Shown: piece after piece, positions 14,578 through 34,576 of the stretch
Layout of the letters: the number at the start of each line of letters is the position of its first letter
How positions within the stretch are numbered: position 1 is the first letter of the stretch
Assembly (NCBI GenBank): GCA_039096225.1
Contig: JBBPEB010000009.1
Coordinates: 1-64,000, forward strand
DNA: 64,000 nucleotides
DNA from: Blastocystis sp. Blastoise
Taxonomy: Eukaryota; Protista; Bigyra: Opalinata
Direction: 5' to 3'
Made by a program: the position numbers and the translations under genes
The notes under the pieces: generated by a model
What the model was told of the DNA's origin: nothing
The model's database searches: none
Seen by the model: only the letters and a program-made list of their open reading frames with translations

Positions 14578-15731
14578 TCTGTTTTTATGATTTCTCTTTA
14601 TGTTACCAAATATGTTTTTAATTCTAGCATGATATACTTATGTATATATGCTCCAATTAAATTTTCTTAATATATATATATATATTTATTCTATTTTTCT
14701 TTTATATACATTATTTTCAAATATTTTTTTTATGAGTTTTCATTTACATTTTTTATACAGTACTATTTAGTAGGTAGTTTTTAAAATATTTATATATGTA
14801 TTCACATTTTTTTTTTTGTATTATTATACTATGTTCCACCTACTATATTTTTTAAATTTGTATGATTTTTTCTTTCGTATTTCTACCTGATTATATTCAT
14901 ATTTTGTTTTTTTTTCTCACAAATCATTATATAAGGTTACAAAGTTATAAACTATAAAATAATTCCACTAGCAAAACATATTTTATATATATAAATAGTT
15001 TAATTCACAGTTTACAGGAATCATAAATTAAATACAGTAGAGTATTTTTTGAATTATATACATATAATAACCAAAACGTGGAAAACAAAATAAGATAATT
15101 GAAATAAAATCATGAAAATATAATAAAAACAATAACAAATAAACATAATAGAAACATAGAACCAATATATAAATAAAAGTCTATTTTCAACAATAAAAAG
15201 TTCATTTATGATACATATCATATATAAGAGAAGAAATCAATAAAAAAAACTTCAATAAAACATATAATTATGACTAGAAAAAAACAGTTGGAGAATATTA
15301 TGTAATATATAAAATGGAATTGCAAAAAACATAGTGTAAGAATGATTTATAAATAATAAAGTATGATATATATGCATTAAAACCAATAATACTGGCAAAT
15401 ATTATTGTGAAAAAAAAGAACAAGAAAGATATAATAAAACTAATTTGATAAATTAATACATAGAACAGTGAATGAAGAAATATAAATATATTTATAAAGT
15501 GATAATACTCAATATCTCAAATAAATAAATGATTTAAAAAAAAACTAACGAGTTTTAAATATACATATATACATATAAATAATGATGAGGAAAGGCAAAA
15601 TAAATGAATATAATTATGCGAATATATACAAATATAGCACATAAGACAGTAATATAAAAATGAATGAAATAAAATATAGATATTGAAAAAAGAAGATAAG
15701 ATTATTAATGAAATCAAAATAATCATGGAAA

Positions 15732-19653
<3,922 letters not shown>

Positions 19654-20163
19654 CAATTTCTATAAAAAGTATAAACTACTTACAATCATTACATACCAAA
19701 AACTATTGTACTTTTATATAACTTTATATTTTTATTGTAGACCTTCTTTAAATAAAGGTTAAATGAAGATAGACAAGATTTATAAAATGAGAATTATTGA
19801 GTATAAGCGGAATATAAATTTGAAATTGTTCTCTTTTTATTTTATTGTTTCTCTAACCGTTGAACTAACAAAGGAGTTTTGAAAGAAATCTTTTTTTCCC
19901 AGAGATTCTTCGAATATTCATGAATAATTAACACAGAATAAATCTATATTTTTATTTTTTTTAAAGAACGCATTCATATTTGATATAAGAAATGATTTTT
20001 GATAAGAAAACAAGTCAATGAAAGGAATATTGATATGAAAACAAAATTAAAAAGCTAAAAACATTTTTATTTCAGTAATGATACCTACTCATTGTATTCT
20101 TTTCCAAAAAATAACAGTTCAGCAATCAACCATAAAGCAAAACAAAAATTATAGCAGAATCCT

Positions 20164-20171
20164 AACATACA
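20164..20171 (-). promoter_or_regulatory. Candidate 3'-end processing element TGTATGTT
   Basis: 18 nt after the TGA of the CX9C gene, in the context TTTAAAAAT-TGTATGTT-AG; nearly identical to the site at 25621. Confidence 0.45.
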
Positions 20172-20189
20172 ATTTTTAAATAATAATTA

Positions 20190-20519
20190 TCATAGACTTT
20201 TATTCCAACAGTTTAAAAATGTATCATATTGTTTTTTACATGATTTCATATCTCCATCACTTTTATCAAGACATTTATATAATTTATCCAATTGTTTAGG
20301 ACATCTTTGATTTGCTTCGGTGAGTACGTAATTAAAACATTCTCTCATTTGCTTATAAGTTCTCAAGCATTCTTCGGAATTACTTTGTTCTGGATGACTA
20401 AGGCACATTTGAATATTATAATTTTCTTTCTGGCAGTAAGTGGCTGTTAATGGAGTAAGTGCAATTCCTAAGATGCGATTCATTCGATCTGTATAATCTT
20501 CTTTTTCTTTATATTCCAT
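20190..20519 (-). CDS. Quadruple CX9C (double CHCH) protein, NDUFA8/Mix14-like; intronless
   Basis: Four CX9C motifs in 109 aa: CQKENYNIQMC, CLRTYKQMREC, CPKQLDKLYKC, CKKQYDTFLNC. Confidence 0.8.
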   Translation of the reverse strand: MEYKEKEDYTDRMNRILGIALTPLTATYCQKENYNIQMCLSHPEQSNSEECLRTYKQMRECFNYVLTEANQRCPKQLDKLYKCLDKSDGDMKSCKKQYDTFLNCWNKSL

Positions 20520-20736
20520 TTATAGATATCTTCTTATTTAATGTAACAAACACTAAAATAATTTTATTTTAAATAAAAAGTTGATAATTAATGAATAGAA
20601 TAACAAATAAATATTCTTTATGTTTTTCTAGAATTTAATGAAAATAACAATCAAACTGGAATCAATTCCTTTAATGAAAAAAGGAATTCATATCAAAATC
20701 AAATTTTTTTATTATTTTTTTCTATTCAACATTATA

Positions 20737-22909
20737 ATGGATTTTTCATTATCTGTTGAAAATATAGAAGATAAATACTTATATTTAGAAAGTTCATTAG
20801 CTCAATATGAGAATTTACTGAAAACAATTCCTCAAAGTTATTTCTTATTGATGAAAGATTGTAAAAAGAATGAAATGATATGCCCAACGATTCAATCTGA
20901 AATGCAGAATTTTATTGATGAACAAAAGAAATATATAAATGTCTTAGAAGAACAGTCTAAAGTATTTAATAATACACTAGATGATGCTGTATGTGTATTC
21001 ATGAAACAATTAGAGCCTTTTAAAACGAAGAGTCAAGAATTTATTCAATTGATGACTTCTGTTATTCAAGATATCAAAGATAATTTAGAATTGAAGAAGA
21101 AAGTGATCAAAGAAACTCAAGAAAATATTCAATGTATTCAGAAGCCATGCTTTGTATATCAAGGTTCAGAAAATAAGTATTTCATAGACGATTCTATTTT
21201 AGAAAACAATCCTGGTAGTTATTTTTCAACATTATATAATGATATTCAAAGTCATACGACTACAGGTGATATTTATATAGATACAGATGAATCTTATCTT
21301 CCTCAAGTTCTTACATATTTGAAAGGAGACTCTATTAGTATAAATAAATTGAAAGAAATTCAAAAGGTGGATTTAGCAGAGAAATTAGCTTTTTATAAAG
21401 TACCATTTCGTGTAGAGTTATTAGATTTACGTGAACCCTTAGAGAAGCATAAAATACGAATGATAACATCTAGTGGTCTTATTTGTTTGAATGGAGAGAA
21501 TCTAAAGTGGTTTAATGATCTTATGAAGAAATATAGGAATAGAAATACAATTATTTCAAAGAATGTTCAATCTATACAATTCTCTGAAGAAAAGAATATG
21601 TATATGATTAATATAGATGTGAAGGATCTATCTGTTTTAGAATCTTATTGTGCTGGACATAAGATATATGTAGGTTTATATAATAGTTATACTTCTGAAG
21701 AATTCTTAGAGTTGCTGAATAATTTGTGTATTCCAATTACAAAGCAACTTATTCAAGAATATCATACATTTGATGGAAGTACACTTGTAACTACAGAGTA
21801 TGACAAACAATTAACTACGTGGATTGGAGACACTCATCCTTGGACTCTTCTTTATAAGTATATAGAGTTTATTATATATATAATTGTATTTTTATAAAAA
21901 TAGTTGAATATTATTTTTTTTAGTATTATTGATTGTTTAAGAATATATTGATTTTTAAATAATATATTGATTTTTAAATAATATATTGATTTTTTAATAA
22001 TATATTGATTTTTTTTAATAATATATTGATTTTTAAATAATATATTGATTTTTAAATAATATATTGATTTTTTAATAATATATTGATTTTTTAATAATAT
22101 ATTGATTTTTAAATAATATATTGATTTTTTAATAATATATTGATTTTTTTACTATTATTGAATTTAAAATAATATTATTGTTTATTCTTTATTATTATTA
22201 TTGAGTTTATTATCTATAAAAAATTAATATACTGTAATACTAAAATAATTATAAAAGTTCTTGAGGAACTCTATTTATCCTATATATTTCATAGACTATT
22301 TATCTATATACATTATTCTATAGAGCTTCTCGAGATGGTTTCTCTTCCTCCATATTTCATGATATATGTGATAATCATTTGAATGTAATTGTTCTTATAA
22401 AAGCTACTATTAACAACAAAGAATCCATTTTTGGAGGATTTACTTCTGTTGGATTCTCACTAGGAAATAATGGTATATATTTTTATTTATTGATCTATAT
22501 TAAATAAATATATATTTGTTTTAATATCCAATTGTTATTTATATTTATATCACATAATACATTATATATATTGTGTATAGATGAAGATCTATCCTTCCAA
22601 GATTCACTTTCATATCTATTTACCTTAAAAACTCCTAATGAAAATCAACCCTTACAATATACAAATAAAAAACCTGAATCCTCCTCTCTTTATTGTAGCT
22701 ATCATTGGGGACCTCTTTTTGTTGATGGATTTTATATTTGTAATGAAGCCAATCAAAGCAATTATAACTGTATCTATCACTCTGATAAAAAATCAACCTA
22801 TAACGATGCTACACATATTTTTTATAATGCATTCTCAATCACTGATTCTCAAGATCCAATTTATTTTAAAGTTGATGACTATGAAATATTTGAAAAGAAA
22901 ACATCATAA
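20737..22909 (+). CDS. Coiled-coil + BTB-like + TLDc domain protein (3 exons)
   Basis: ATG 20737; BTB-like YFIDDSILENNPGSYFSTL...IYIDTD. TLDc WTLLYK|ASRDGFSSSIFHDICD...IFGGFTS...SYLFTL...WGPLF...FKVDDYEIF. Confidence 0.85.
21940..22150. repeat. Intronic 18-20-bp tandem repeat (aataatatattgattttt)
   Basis: About 11 near-identical units inside the first intron of the TLDc gene. Confidence 0.9.
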
Positions 22910-23365
22910 TTTGCTTTTTTTAAAATATGTATTTATATTTTTTCAATTTATTCAATTTTTCTTTTTAAAATATTGATATATCTGAATACTAATCTATTTT
23001 GTTGCAAAAGTCATTCAACATTTTCTAAGTGTTCTACTTTATTCGTAAAATAATAATAATAATAATTCATTTGATTTCTTTCAATAATTTACATTTACAA
23101 AAAAATAGGCTAGATATGATCAAGCGTTACGGCTAACATTTAAGAAATGATTGACATAGAGAGAAACACTGCTTAAAACGATGATCAATTATTTAAATTA
23201 TTTCTTGAATAAACAGAAAAAATGACCGTTCTTAAAACATATAATCACGATTATTTGTTTTGAAAACAAAGTTTTAAAGGAAAATCGTTATTTTTTTCAT
23301 TTTTAGAATAGTCTCTTGTTTCTATCTATTTTAAATTATTTTATAGAAATCAGTGCAGTAACAAG

Positions 23366-24007
23366 ATGAGGCTATCTTTTTATATATTATTCATTATTTT
23401 CTTTGTATACATTTTTAGTCATTGATTCCCATTCTTATTCTAATTATAGTTATTCACACGAGGAACATGCGAAACAAATAAGCACACATCTACGAGGTAC
23501 AATATAAAAATAAATATATTTAAATAGTTTTTGTTGTATAGATTGCTACTGTTGGTGTTATCTTGTCCAGATCATACGGAGAAACGTTCATTATTGAGAT
23601 CAACATGGATTCATGATATAGAGAATCTTGATTGTATATTATTATTGATTATATTCATTTTTGTTTGTTTTAATCTTATTCTATGATTATATATATATAT
23701 ATATATATTCTTTTTAGATATTAAGTATCGTTTTCTAATATTAAATGATAAAGCGTATTGTAATTCAACATTAGATAATTCACAAGATATAAAGAAACAA
23801 CATTTTAATCAAGTATTCTTTTCTTTTTTTTCATTTTTTTTTTTACAATTATATATATGTTTTTTTTTGTTATCTTTTTATGTAACATATATGTTTTTAA
23901 ATATATCTTTATGTAATATATATATATATATATATATATATCTTTAGAATGATATTTTGATGAAGACTTCATTATCTTCAGGATTAATTAGTCAAGTGAT
24001 TACTGTA

Positions 24008-24039
<32 letters not shown>

Positions 24040-24040
24040 C

Positions 24041-24087
<47 letters not shown>

Positions 24088-25100
24088 TATTTATAAAGAT
24101 AATTCATGCATATAATGGTATTGATTGGATCAGTTTTGTTTTTGATGATGTGTTTATTCGATATCTACAATTATATTCATTTATTAACTCCTTACAAAAT
24201 ACTATTGGATTGTATTACTCAGAAACCACGTATATTTTTTTATCTTATAATATATGCATATGAATTCTTATTCTTCAGGTTTTCAAATATTCCTCAAGAT
24301 TTATGGAAATCTCCTTTTGTTCTTCAACATTATAGCTACTTTTGTATATATATATATTATTTTTTAATTATTATTATTATTTTAAATTTATAAACCCTTT
24401 TATTCTTTCATTCGTTTTCTGTATTCATTATTTACAAATAATTATAATAATCTATTCTAATAATCTATTCTAATAATCTTATTCTAATAATCTATATAAT
24501 AATCTATTCTAATAAACTTATCATAATCTCCTTATAACTTTTTCTCTAGTGAATAAGAATATGTTTTTAAAATTATTTGATTCAAAAACGAAATATCATT
24601 CTTTAAATCAAGAATTTTCTACTTATTATATATCGAATCATTTTGCTACATTGCAAGATTCTGCTATTTCTATTGGCTGTTTTGACGACAATTGGGTTTT
24701 AGATCAATATCCATCAGATATAATACAAGCAAAATCTAAATATTCTTCTTATCATTCCACAGGAGTATATTATTGTTCTTCTTCTTCTTCTTCTTCTTCT
24801 TCTTCTCTTCTTCATCATAATTCAACTATATATATTCAGCCTTATTCCCCAAATATGAATCATACTACTTTATTTACAAATAAAAGTTATATCTCTCTAC
24901 TTTTAATTTGGAGTGTATTATTACTTTCTATTTGTTGTACACTTAGTCGCCAATGTCATTGTCATAGACATCGTAAATGGATCTCCTCAAATACATTCAG
25001 AAGAACCAGAACTCCCCTAAGAACCGTAGGATTACCTCAAAAGAATGCAGATGGACTTGCTCCTGTTTTTACACCTATTAATAGTCATCGATATTATTAA
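23366..25100 (+). CDS. GT31 (beta-1,3-galactosyltransferase/fringe-like) protein with a C-terminal TM; multi-exon
   Basis: Spliced exons read RLLLLVLSCPDHTEKRSLLRSTW (GT31 motif I) and DWISFVFDDVFIR (DDxF motif). Hydrophobic N-terminus; C-terminal YISLLLIWSVLLLSICCTL. Confidence 0.65.
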
Positions 25101-25620
25101 TATCATCTCTCTTTTATTACATCTATATAAATTTTTATTATTATTATTTCTTTTTAGTTTTTTATTTAATTGTTTTATTTCTATAATTTATTCCATTTCT
25201 ATTTATGATTATCATTTGATATATATAAATATATTTCTATAACATGTTTTATTTCCTATAGTCAATTTTATTCATCTATCGTTATTTTGTTTATTTATAA
25301 CTTACAACACTTTCATCTTTCTTTTATATTCGTTTCTCTTTATATACTGTTTTCTTTTTCTCAAAATACTCTATACAAATTATTTGTTTTTCAATATTTT
25401 TTTTTTCCACTTTTATTAGTATATACAATACGTTTATTTTTTAAAGAAAATTCTTCATCTCTATTTATTATATTTCTTATATATATATATATATATTATA
25501 TTTTGGTTTTCATTTTTTTTTTGTCTTTGTTTTGTGTTTTTTTTTATATATAATTCGATAGTATCGTTGATTCGTTTTTGTTTATATATACTTCTAAAGC
25601 TAAAAAGAAAACAGCAAACT

Positions 25621-25628
25621 AACAAACA
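25621..25628 (-). promoter_or_regulatory. Candidate 3'-end processing element TGTTTGTT
   Basis: Exact TGTTTGTT 22 nt after the TGA at 25651-25653, in the context TTTAAAAAG-TGTTTGTT-AG. Confidence 0.5.
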
Positions 25629-25650
25629 CTTTTTAAAAAGTATACATAAA

Positions 25651-27248
25651 TCAATCAATATCCTGTAATAATGTATTTGTATATAAAATTAAGCGAGAAT
25701 GTTTAAAGGCTTGATTTATATTCAAAAAATTTCCTATATATAGAGTCATAAGAAATAAATATATATACAAAAGAAATAATTTTTAAAGATATAAAATACG
25801 TTCTACTCGAAAGACATATAATTGTGGATATTTATTATTGATATAGTCATTAAGAAAAACAGTGAAGATATCCTGATGAATATCATTCTCTATAATAATA
25901 TAAATATAATATTATTGTTGTATATAATAATACGATTTGGGTAATATTTAAAAACTGATATATTATAACTATTTAAATACCATTTAGATTAATCTTTTGA
26001 AGTTGAGGACAAGAAACAGATTGACATAACTTCAATATAGTCAGAGATTTCTCATTATATAATTGGTTCATTGATAAATCAATTGATAGTAACTGTGGAA
26101 AATATAGTGAAGATAATAAGTGAATAAATGTTCGTTTTTGATCTTCTATATGTAGACTATCTACAAGAATTAATATATATATATATATATATAATACTTT
26201 GAATTGTTAATTTCATTAAGTACTTTGAAAATAATGATATCATTTTATAAATATATATATAACATTCCGAAGTTTCTAAATTACAATCTATACATAAAAT
26301 ATATAGAGTTTAAAGAATACTCTTTATATAACTAATAAAATATTTATATAGAGTATTTTAATTATACTATATAAACTTATAGTTATATATACCTTGTATA
26401 ATAAACCCAGTGATATTATATTGTTCTGTTTCAGTAAATAAATCCACTACTATTTGAAGCATTGACACTTCTAAAGAGAGATCTATATATATAGATTTAG
26501 TTATTATTATAGTATATATGTATATAATGAATTAAAAAAATGTATACAAAATGAATCAAAAATGTATATAAATATGAATTAAAAATGTATATAATGAATT
26601 AAAAAATGTATATAAATATGAATCAAAAATGTATATAAAATGAATTAAACAATGTATATAACATGAATTAAAAATGTATATAAAATAAATTAAAAATGTA
26701 TATAAATATGAATTAAAAATGTATATAAAAAATGAAAACACAATAAAACAAAATAAAATAAAAAATAACATATCAAATAAAATAAATAAATATAATGATA
26801 TCAAATAACTCTATATATATTTACCTCGAAATAATAAATTTACATTCTTTGAGAAATAAAAAGATTCATCATCTTTTATTCGTTCATATTCATTATTATA
26901 TATTATTCCTCCATTCTCATCGACGATCTTGAATAATTCTTTTGATTTCGTAAATGGAGAACACTGATTCCAAAATAAACTCAAGTTTATATTATAAAAA
27001 CTCTCATTTTCTTTCATATGAACAATCTCATTATAAGAAAAAAGATTCTTATTATATTTAGAACCATTGCATAGACTTATAAATAGATCAAAATCATCAA
27101 AAGGATGATCTACATATATATTGTTATTTTCATTTATATCAGGATCTATAAACCATTCATACAATATACTAGACTTATGGAATTGTAGAAACGATAATGG
27201 AATTGAATATTCATTCTGATCTTGAAAGACAAACAAACAATTATTCAT
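25651..27248 (-). CDS. BTB-like protein with degenerate LRR-like C-terminus; multi-exon
   Basis: CLFVFQDQNEYSIPLSFLQFHKSSILYEWF...IYVDHPF (BTB-like). Later exons read SCPQLQKINLN and YPQLYVFRVERN; ends LLQDID-TGA. Confidence 0.65.
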
Positions 27249-27534
27249 TTAGTTTTTTGTAATTATTTGTATTTTGCAACAGAAACAACCATTTACTACG
27301 GATTTTCTTTATTTAAAGAACAATCACACGATATGTAATGTTTTATTCTTAGATGAAGATGATTTAAAAAAAAATATTATTTTTTGTGTTTTTATAGAAG
27401 AAATCAAATAGATAATCATAAATGTTTAGTTTCTTGGAAATATTTGGAATTAAAGTAGTAAAAGCATTTTTTTCATAAATTTTACTATTTTATATTTTTG
27501 TTAATAAAGTGTTATTCTTATTTTAATTCTAACT

Positions 27535-28311
27535 ATGGCTCAAATACGTATACCAGAAAAATTTATATGTTCTGTATCTACACGTTTTCGAATCATATAA
27601 TCATGTATTAAATCATAGGAAACACCAGGTGATACTGTAAGTTCAATTAAGTTTAGTCCATGTAGTAATATGTTTGTCACAAGTTCTTGGGATGGAGAAA
27701 TAAGACTTTATGATTTACAAGCAAATGGTAACACAATAAATGGTTGTTTTGGAAAATCACTTGTTCGACTAGAAACACCTGTCACATCTCTTGCTTGGTC
27801 AAATGTATTTATATATTTGTTTTTGTTTTTCAAGTTCATTATTCTCTTATTTTTTAGGATGGAAATTCTGTATATGCTGCATGTTGTGATGGATCCGTTA
27901 GATTATGGAATGTCGCTTCAGGTGCAACTACTTGTGATACTATTGGTTCTGTATGAATATATATATTGTTTTATCGTTTTCTTTATTAATATTTTTTAAA
28001 AAATACTTTTCTTTATTAATAATATTATTGTTTTTATACTTTTCTTTATAAATTTTTTTTAATACTTTTATATATTATTTTTATACTTTTCTTTTTATTA
28101 ATTTTTTTTAATACTTTTATATATTAATAATATATTTTTTTATACTTTCTTTAATTATACTCTATTTCTTCTATAGCATACAGGGATCGTATCGAGTATA
28201 GTTCCTTTAGAAATGAATGGGTCTGCTGCTGTGTGTTCAGGATCTATTGATAAAACCATCAAATATTGGGATGTACGAAGCAAACAAACAATTGTATTTC
28301 CTTTCTATTCC

Positions 28312-28350
<39 letters not shown>

Positions 28351-29423
28351 TTAGGGTACAGTAACAACCTCCAATAAAGTCACAGCAATGGATTATCAGT
28401 ATATATTTATTATCATTGTTTTTATTCTTTTTATTTATTAATCTATTTATTTATTTTTCTTTTTATTTATTATTATATTTATTTATCTATTTATTTATTT
28501 ATCTATTTATTTATTATTCTTTTTATTTATTATTATATTTATTAATTTATTAATTTATTATTCTATTTATTTATTAATCTATTTATTTATTAATCTATTT
28601 ATTTATTAATCTATTTATTTATTAATTTATTTATTTATTAATCTATTTATTTATTAATCTATTTATTTATTATATATATAAGTGGCACTTTAGTGGTTAG
28701 TAATTATAATAAATTATATTCATATAGTATTCAAAATCCTTCTGTACCTATTGATGTATATACTATTTATACTATTTTTCTATTATGATTTATTTTATAA
28801 AGAGAATTTATTATTATAATATTCTTTATTTGTTATTATTATATAGATTCCAAATCAGAAGAGTACTGAAGATTATATATTATGCTTAGCTTTTAGTAAA
28901 GATAAGGATGTGATTGCTAGTGGTACAAATACTGGTAGAGGAAGTGTCATGCTTTCTTCTCATAATGAGTATATAGTATTATACTTATGTTTATTACTAT
29001 TATACTTATAATTCATTATCGTTCCTCTTTATAGACGTAATTTCTCGTGGAAGGCACATCGTATATCAACTTATTATTACGCTACAAATGCGTATATATA
29101 TATATATAATTTATTCTATTATCTTTTTCAGTCCTCTGTTTTCATTGTCATTTCTCTCTCTATAAATACTTGTATACTTTATCTACATATATATATACTC
29201 TCTATAGTATTGCTATTCATCCTCAAACGAATGCTGTCGCTACAGGAGGTGCTGATGGATCTATTCAACTCTGGAATATCTACGGGGCTCAACCTCTAGC
29301 CAAAGTCCTAGATGTACCTTCCTCTACATATGGTCGTCCATCTACTAAAGATCCTGTCACTGCTCTTAGTTTCTCTACTCAAGGTGAATTCTTAGCTTAT
29401 TCTACAGGATATGACTGGGCCTT

Positions 29424-29465
<42 letters not shown>

Positions 29466-29783
29466 TATATATTATTATAATCATATTATATATATTATTA
29501 TAATTATATTATATATATTATTATAATTATATTTTATTTAAAAATAAATATATAACAATATTTTATTTAAAAATAAAATTATAACTATATTCTATACCAA
29601 TATAAATATATAACAATATTCTATACCAATATAAATATATAACTATATATATAGGGTGATCCAGAGAGATTATCGTCTAATATGGAAAAAGAGAAAATCA
29701 GAAAAATGAAAACATCTCTTGTTATTCAACCGATTTCACCAGATATGGTTCAATTCGATAGAACTAAACTCCGAAAAGTATAA
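27535..29783 (+). CDS. RAE1: WD40 protein, RAE1/Gle2-like mRNA export factor (RAE1/BUB3 family); multi-exon
   Basis: TPGDTVSSIKFSP...SSWDGEIRLYD, GSIDKTIKYWDVR, FSWKAHR, AIHPQTNAVATGGADG and FLAYSTGYDWAFG (RAE1-type YDW..G). Confidence 0.75.
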
Positions 29784-30315
29784 ACTATTGTTATGTTCCT
29801 ACTCAAATAGAATTCTATAATTATAAGTCTATATAACTCTTCTTATATTATATGTATTCATTGACACATTTTTATTTTTGTTTGATTATATTAGCTCTTT
29901 TTATGTTTGTTTATATACATATACATATATATTTCTGTTTCATTTTATTATATTTGAAATTCTTCATCTTGAATATCTTTTTTCTTTTCATTATTTTTCT
30001 TTTTGTTTCTATATACTATTTTTTTTTTTGAAATTATGTTTTTGTTCTTTTTTTTCTTTGCTCTCCAACATTATTATTATATTAAAATATTCACCATTTT
30101 ATCTATACACAATATAACTCTAAATTATTATTATTTCTCTTTCTTTTTAACAACAAAATATGTTCATCCGAAAAAATATGTCTTATAAAACAGTTCATAT
30201 TATACAGAACTATCAGTAATGGGATTCCATTTTTTTCCTATATCATTAGCATCCACAATAAGTGAAAACAAAATAATGAACAAAAAAAATGATTAAAAAG
30301 TAAAAAATCTAAAAA

Positions 30316-31923
<1,608 letters not shown>

Positions 31924-32469
31924 TTACTTTTATATTATTATTCTATATATATATATCTGTAAATTTTTATTGGGGAATTATGAATTTATAAAATCTATAA
32001 ATAGTTATTTAAAGAAAAATAGATAAAAAAAATCAAATTTCTTTTTATATATATTAGGGAATCCTATAGTGTTTTAATAACACAACATAACGACTATAAA
32101 AAGAACAAGAAAACAATTTAAAATGAACAAAATCCATAATTTATTAAGAACAAGGAAATACATTTAATAACATGAAAACAAAGAAAAGAAGAAAACAAAA
32201 ATAAACTAAAAGAATAATATCAAAATATAACTAAATAAATAAAATACAAAATATATATATATAAAATAAAATTGATAGATATAATCATTAGATAATTATA
32301 ATCATTAGATAATTATAATCATTAGATAATTATATTCATTAGATAATTATATTCATTAGATAATTATATTCATTAGATAATTATATTCATTAGATAATTA
32401 TATTAAATTATATAATTATATTAAATAATAAAAACAGAATAAATAATGCTAATTTTAACTTTAAAAAAT

Positions 32470-33019
32470 TTAACTGTCTATATTATTAGAGTTTGTATAT
32501 TTATCATAATATGTTTTTGATTGAATAGGAAGAACATATTCTTTATAGGATTCATATAGAGATTTATTCTTAGGAATATACGTAGTAAATAAATCAATAG
32601 AGGGATCCTTATGAAATAAAAAGAAGCGCGATAGATCATTTTTATTACTTATAAACTCATCTTCAGTATCTGAAGACTACAAAATAATGATTCTTAAAAT
32701 AAAAATAATAAAAATATACTAAATAAACGTCATATTTGTACTCAATGGAAATAGGATCTGCAAATTGAACATGCCTTACAACATCTGGTCTTGAATACTA
32801 TATTGAGAATAATAAATATATATATATATAAATAGTATAACCCATAAAGAAACTTACGAGTGATAACTGAGACGGTATACTTTTGATTGAAGGTTTTGTT
32901 TCATCATTATAATTATCTAGTTTTTTATTCTTTTTAAAAAGAAGATTATAGAAGAAGAATCCAAGGAATGTTCCAAAAGTAATTAATGCGATATCACGAA
33001 AAATTTCTTTATCATACAT
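32470..33019 (-). CDS. Hypothetical protein with a single N-terminal TM (3 exons)
   Basis: MYDKEIFRDIALITFGTFLGFFFYNLLFKK; the exons join in frame via GT-AG introns to TAA at 32470-32472. Confidence 0.6.
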
Positions 33020-33306
33020 TTTTTATAATTTTTACATAAACCTAGTTTGTTATTTATTCATTAACCTATGTATAAATATATACAATTTCAGAATATATTT
33101 AAAAAATGATAATGAAACAATAAATGAGATTATGTTGTGTTTTTCTAGTTATGATTTTCAATTAATCATGATTCATATGTTTTTCTTTTGAACAATAAGA
33201 AAGTGTAGATAATCCATCATTATAACCCATTTATTTGTTTTTATATTTTTTAAGAAGTATTTAAAGAGTGTAGCTTATTAAATACATAAAATAATTGGGA
33301 AACGAT

Positions 33307-34544
33307 ATGGATCCTATTGAAATTGAATATGAAATAGATTCAGATGATAAAACTAAAGCGTTTTCTATTGATGTAGAAGTATGTGATCACTAGTAAAAGT
33401 ATAGAACCTATTATTTATAGACTTTATTTGCTACAATTCCTGAAGATGTATATGATCCGTTTTCTACAACGAATTATTCTGAGAATAAAGAATGCAAGGA
33501 ATTCATGAAATGGACATTAGAGAATAATATTGAAATTCGTCATGTTCGTTTACTTTCTAATGCTTCTGGCGTATATATATTGTTTTTATTGTTATGTTTT
33601 ATGTTTTGTTTTATTTATATTGTTTTTATTGTTATGTTTTATGTTTTGTTTTATTTATATTGTTTTTATTGTTATGTTTTATGTTTTGTTTTATTTATTT
33701 ATTGTTTTATATATATTAATTTATTTATTTATGATTTGATACATATGAAATTGTTTATTTATATATATATTAAAGTACATAATTTTTATTTCTAGTGTTA
33801 ATGATATTATATTTATATATATTATTATTATAAAAATAGTTTTATAATCTCTTAAAAAATAAAATTAATTATAATTATATATATATATAGGATAGAGGTA
33901 TATTTGCTATAGAAGATATACAGGATGGTGATATATTGATGAATATTCCAGAACCTATGATTATTACCGTGGAAATGGGAATGGAAACACCTATTGGACG
34001 TTCTGTATATATATAATATATAATATATATAGTATATATAATATATAATATATATACAATATGTATAATATATATTATATATAACATTTCAATATAGGTG
34101 AGTATGAATGAGTCTCTGTTTTCAAATATAAAACATGTTTATTTATCTCTCTTCTTACTTTATGATAAGTCTAATTTTAATTCTCTTTTCCATCATTATT
34201 ATCGATGTCTTCCTCACGATCTCTCATTTATTCCTTTTAATTGGACACAAGAACAAGTCAATCTTCTAGAAGGAAGCAGTGTTGTATATATATATATATA
34301 TATATATATATTAATATTATATTTTATGATATTCTTTTTGGAACTCTAAAAATATATATATTCATGTTTAATATAGAATATACTTATAATATATATATAT
34401 ATATATATATAGATATTAGAGAACGAAGAGCGCCGGAGAATGTATACTGATGATTATTCATTATTATGCCAATTAGACTCCACATTCAAACAATTCTCTT
34501 TATCTATATATATATGGTCTAGACTTATTGTCTCTAGGTATATA

Positions 34545-34576
<32 letters not shown>

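Noticed and set aside
14580-15730. 1.1-kb convergent intergenic region as a possible ncRNA locus
   Set aside because: No recognisable tRNA, snoRNA or structured GC-rich segment by eye; an Infernal/Rfam scan would be needed.
20638-20736. N-terminal extension of the ORF-track 419-aa ORF
   Set aside because: It is low-complexity T-rich sequence in the divergent promoter region; ATG 20737 is the more plausible start.
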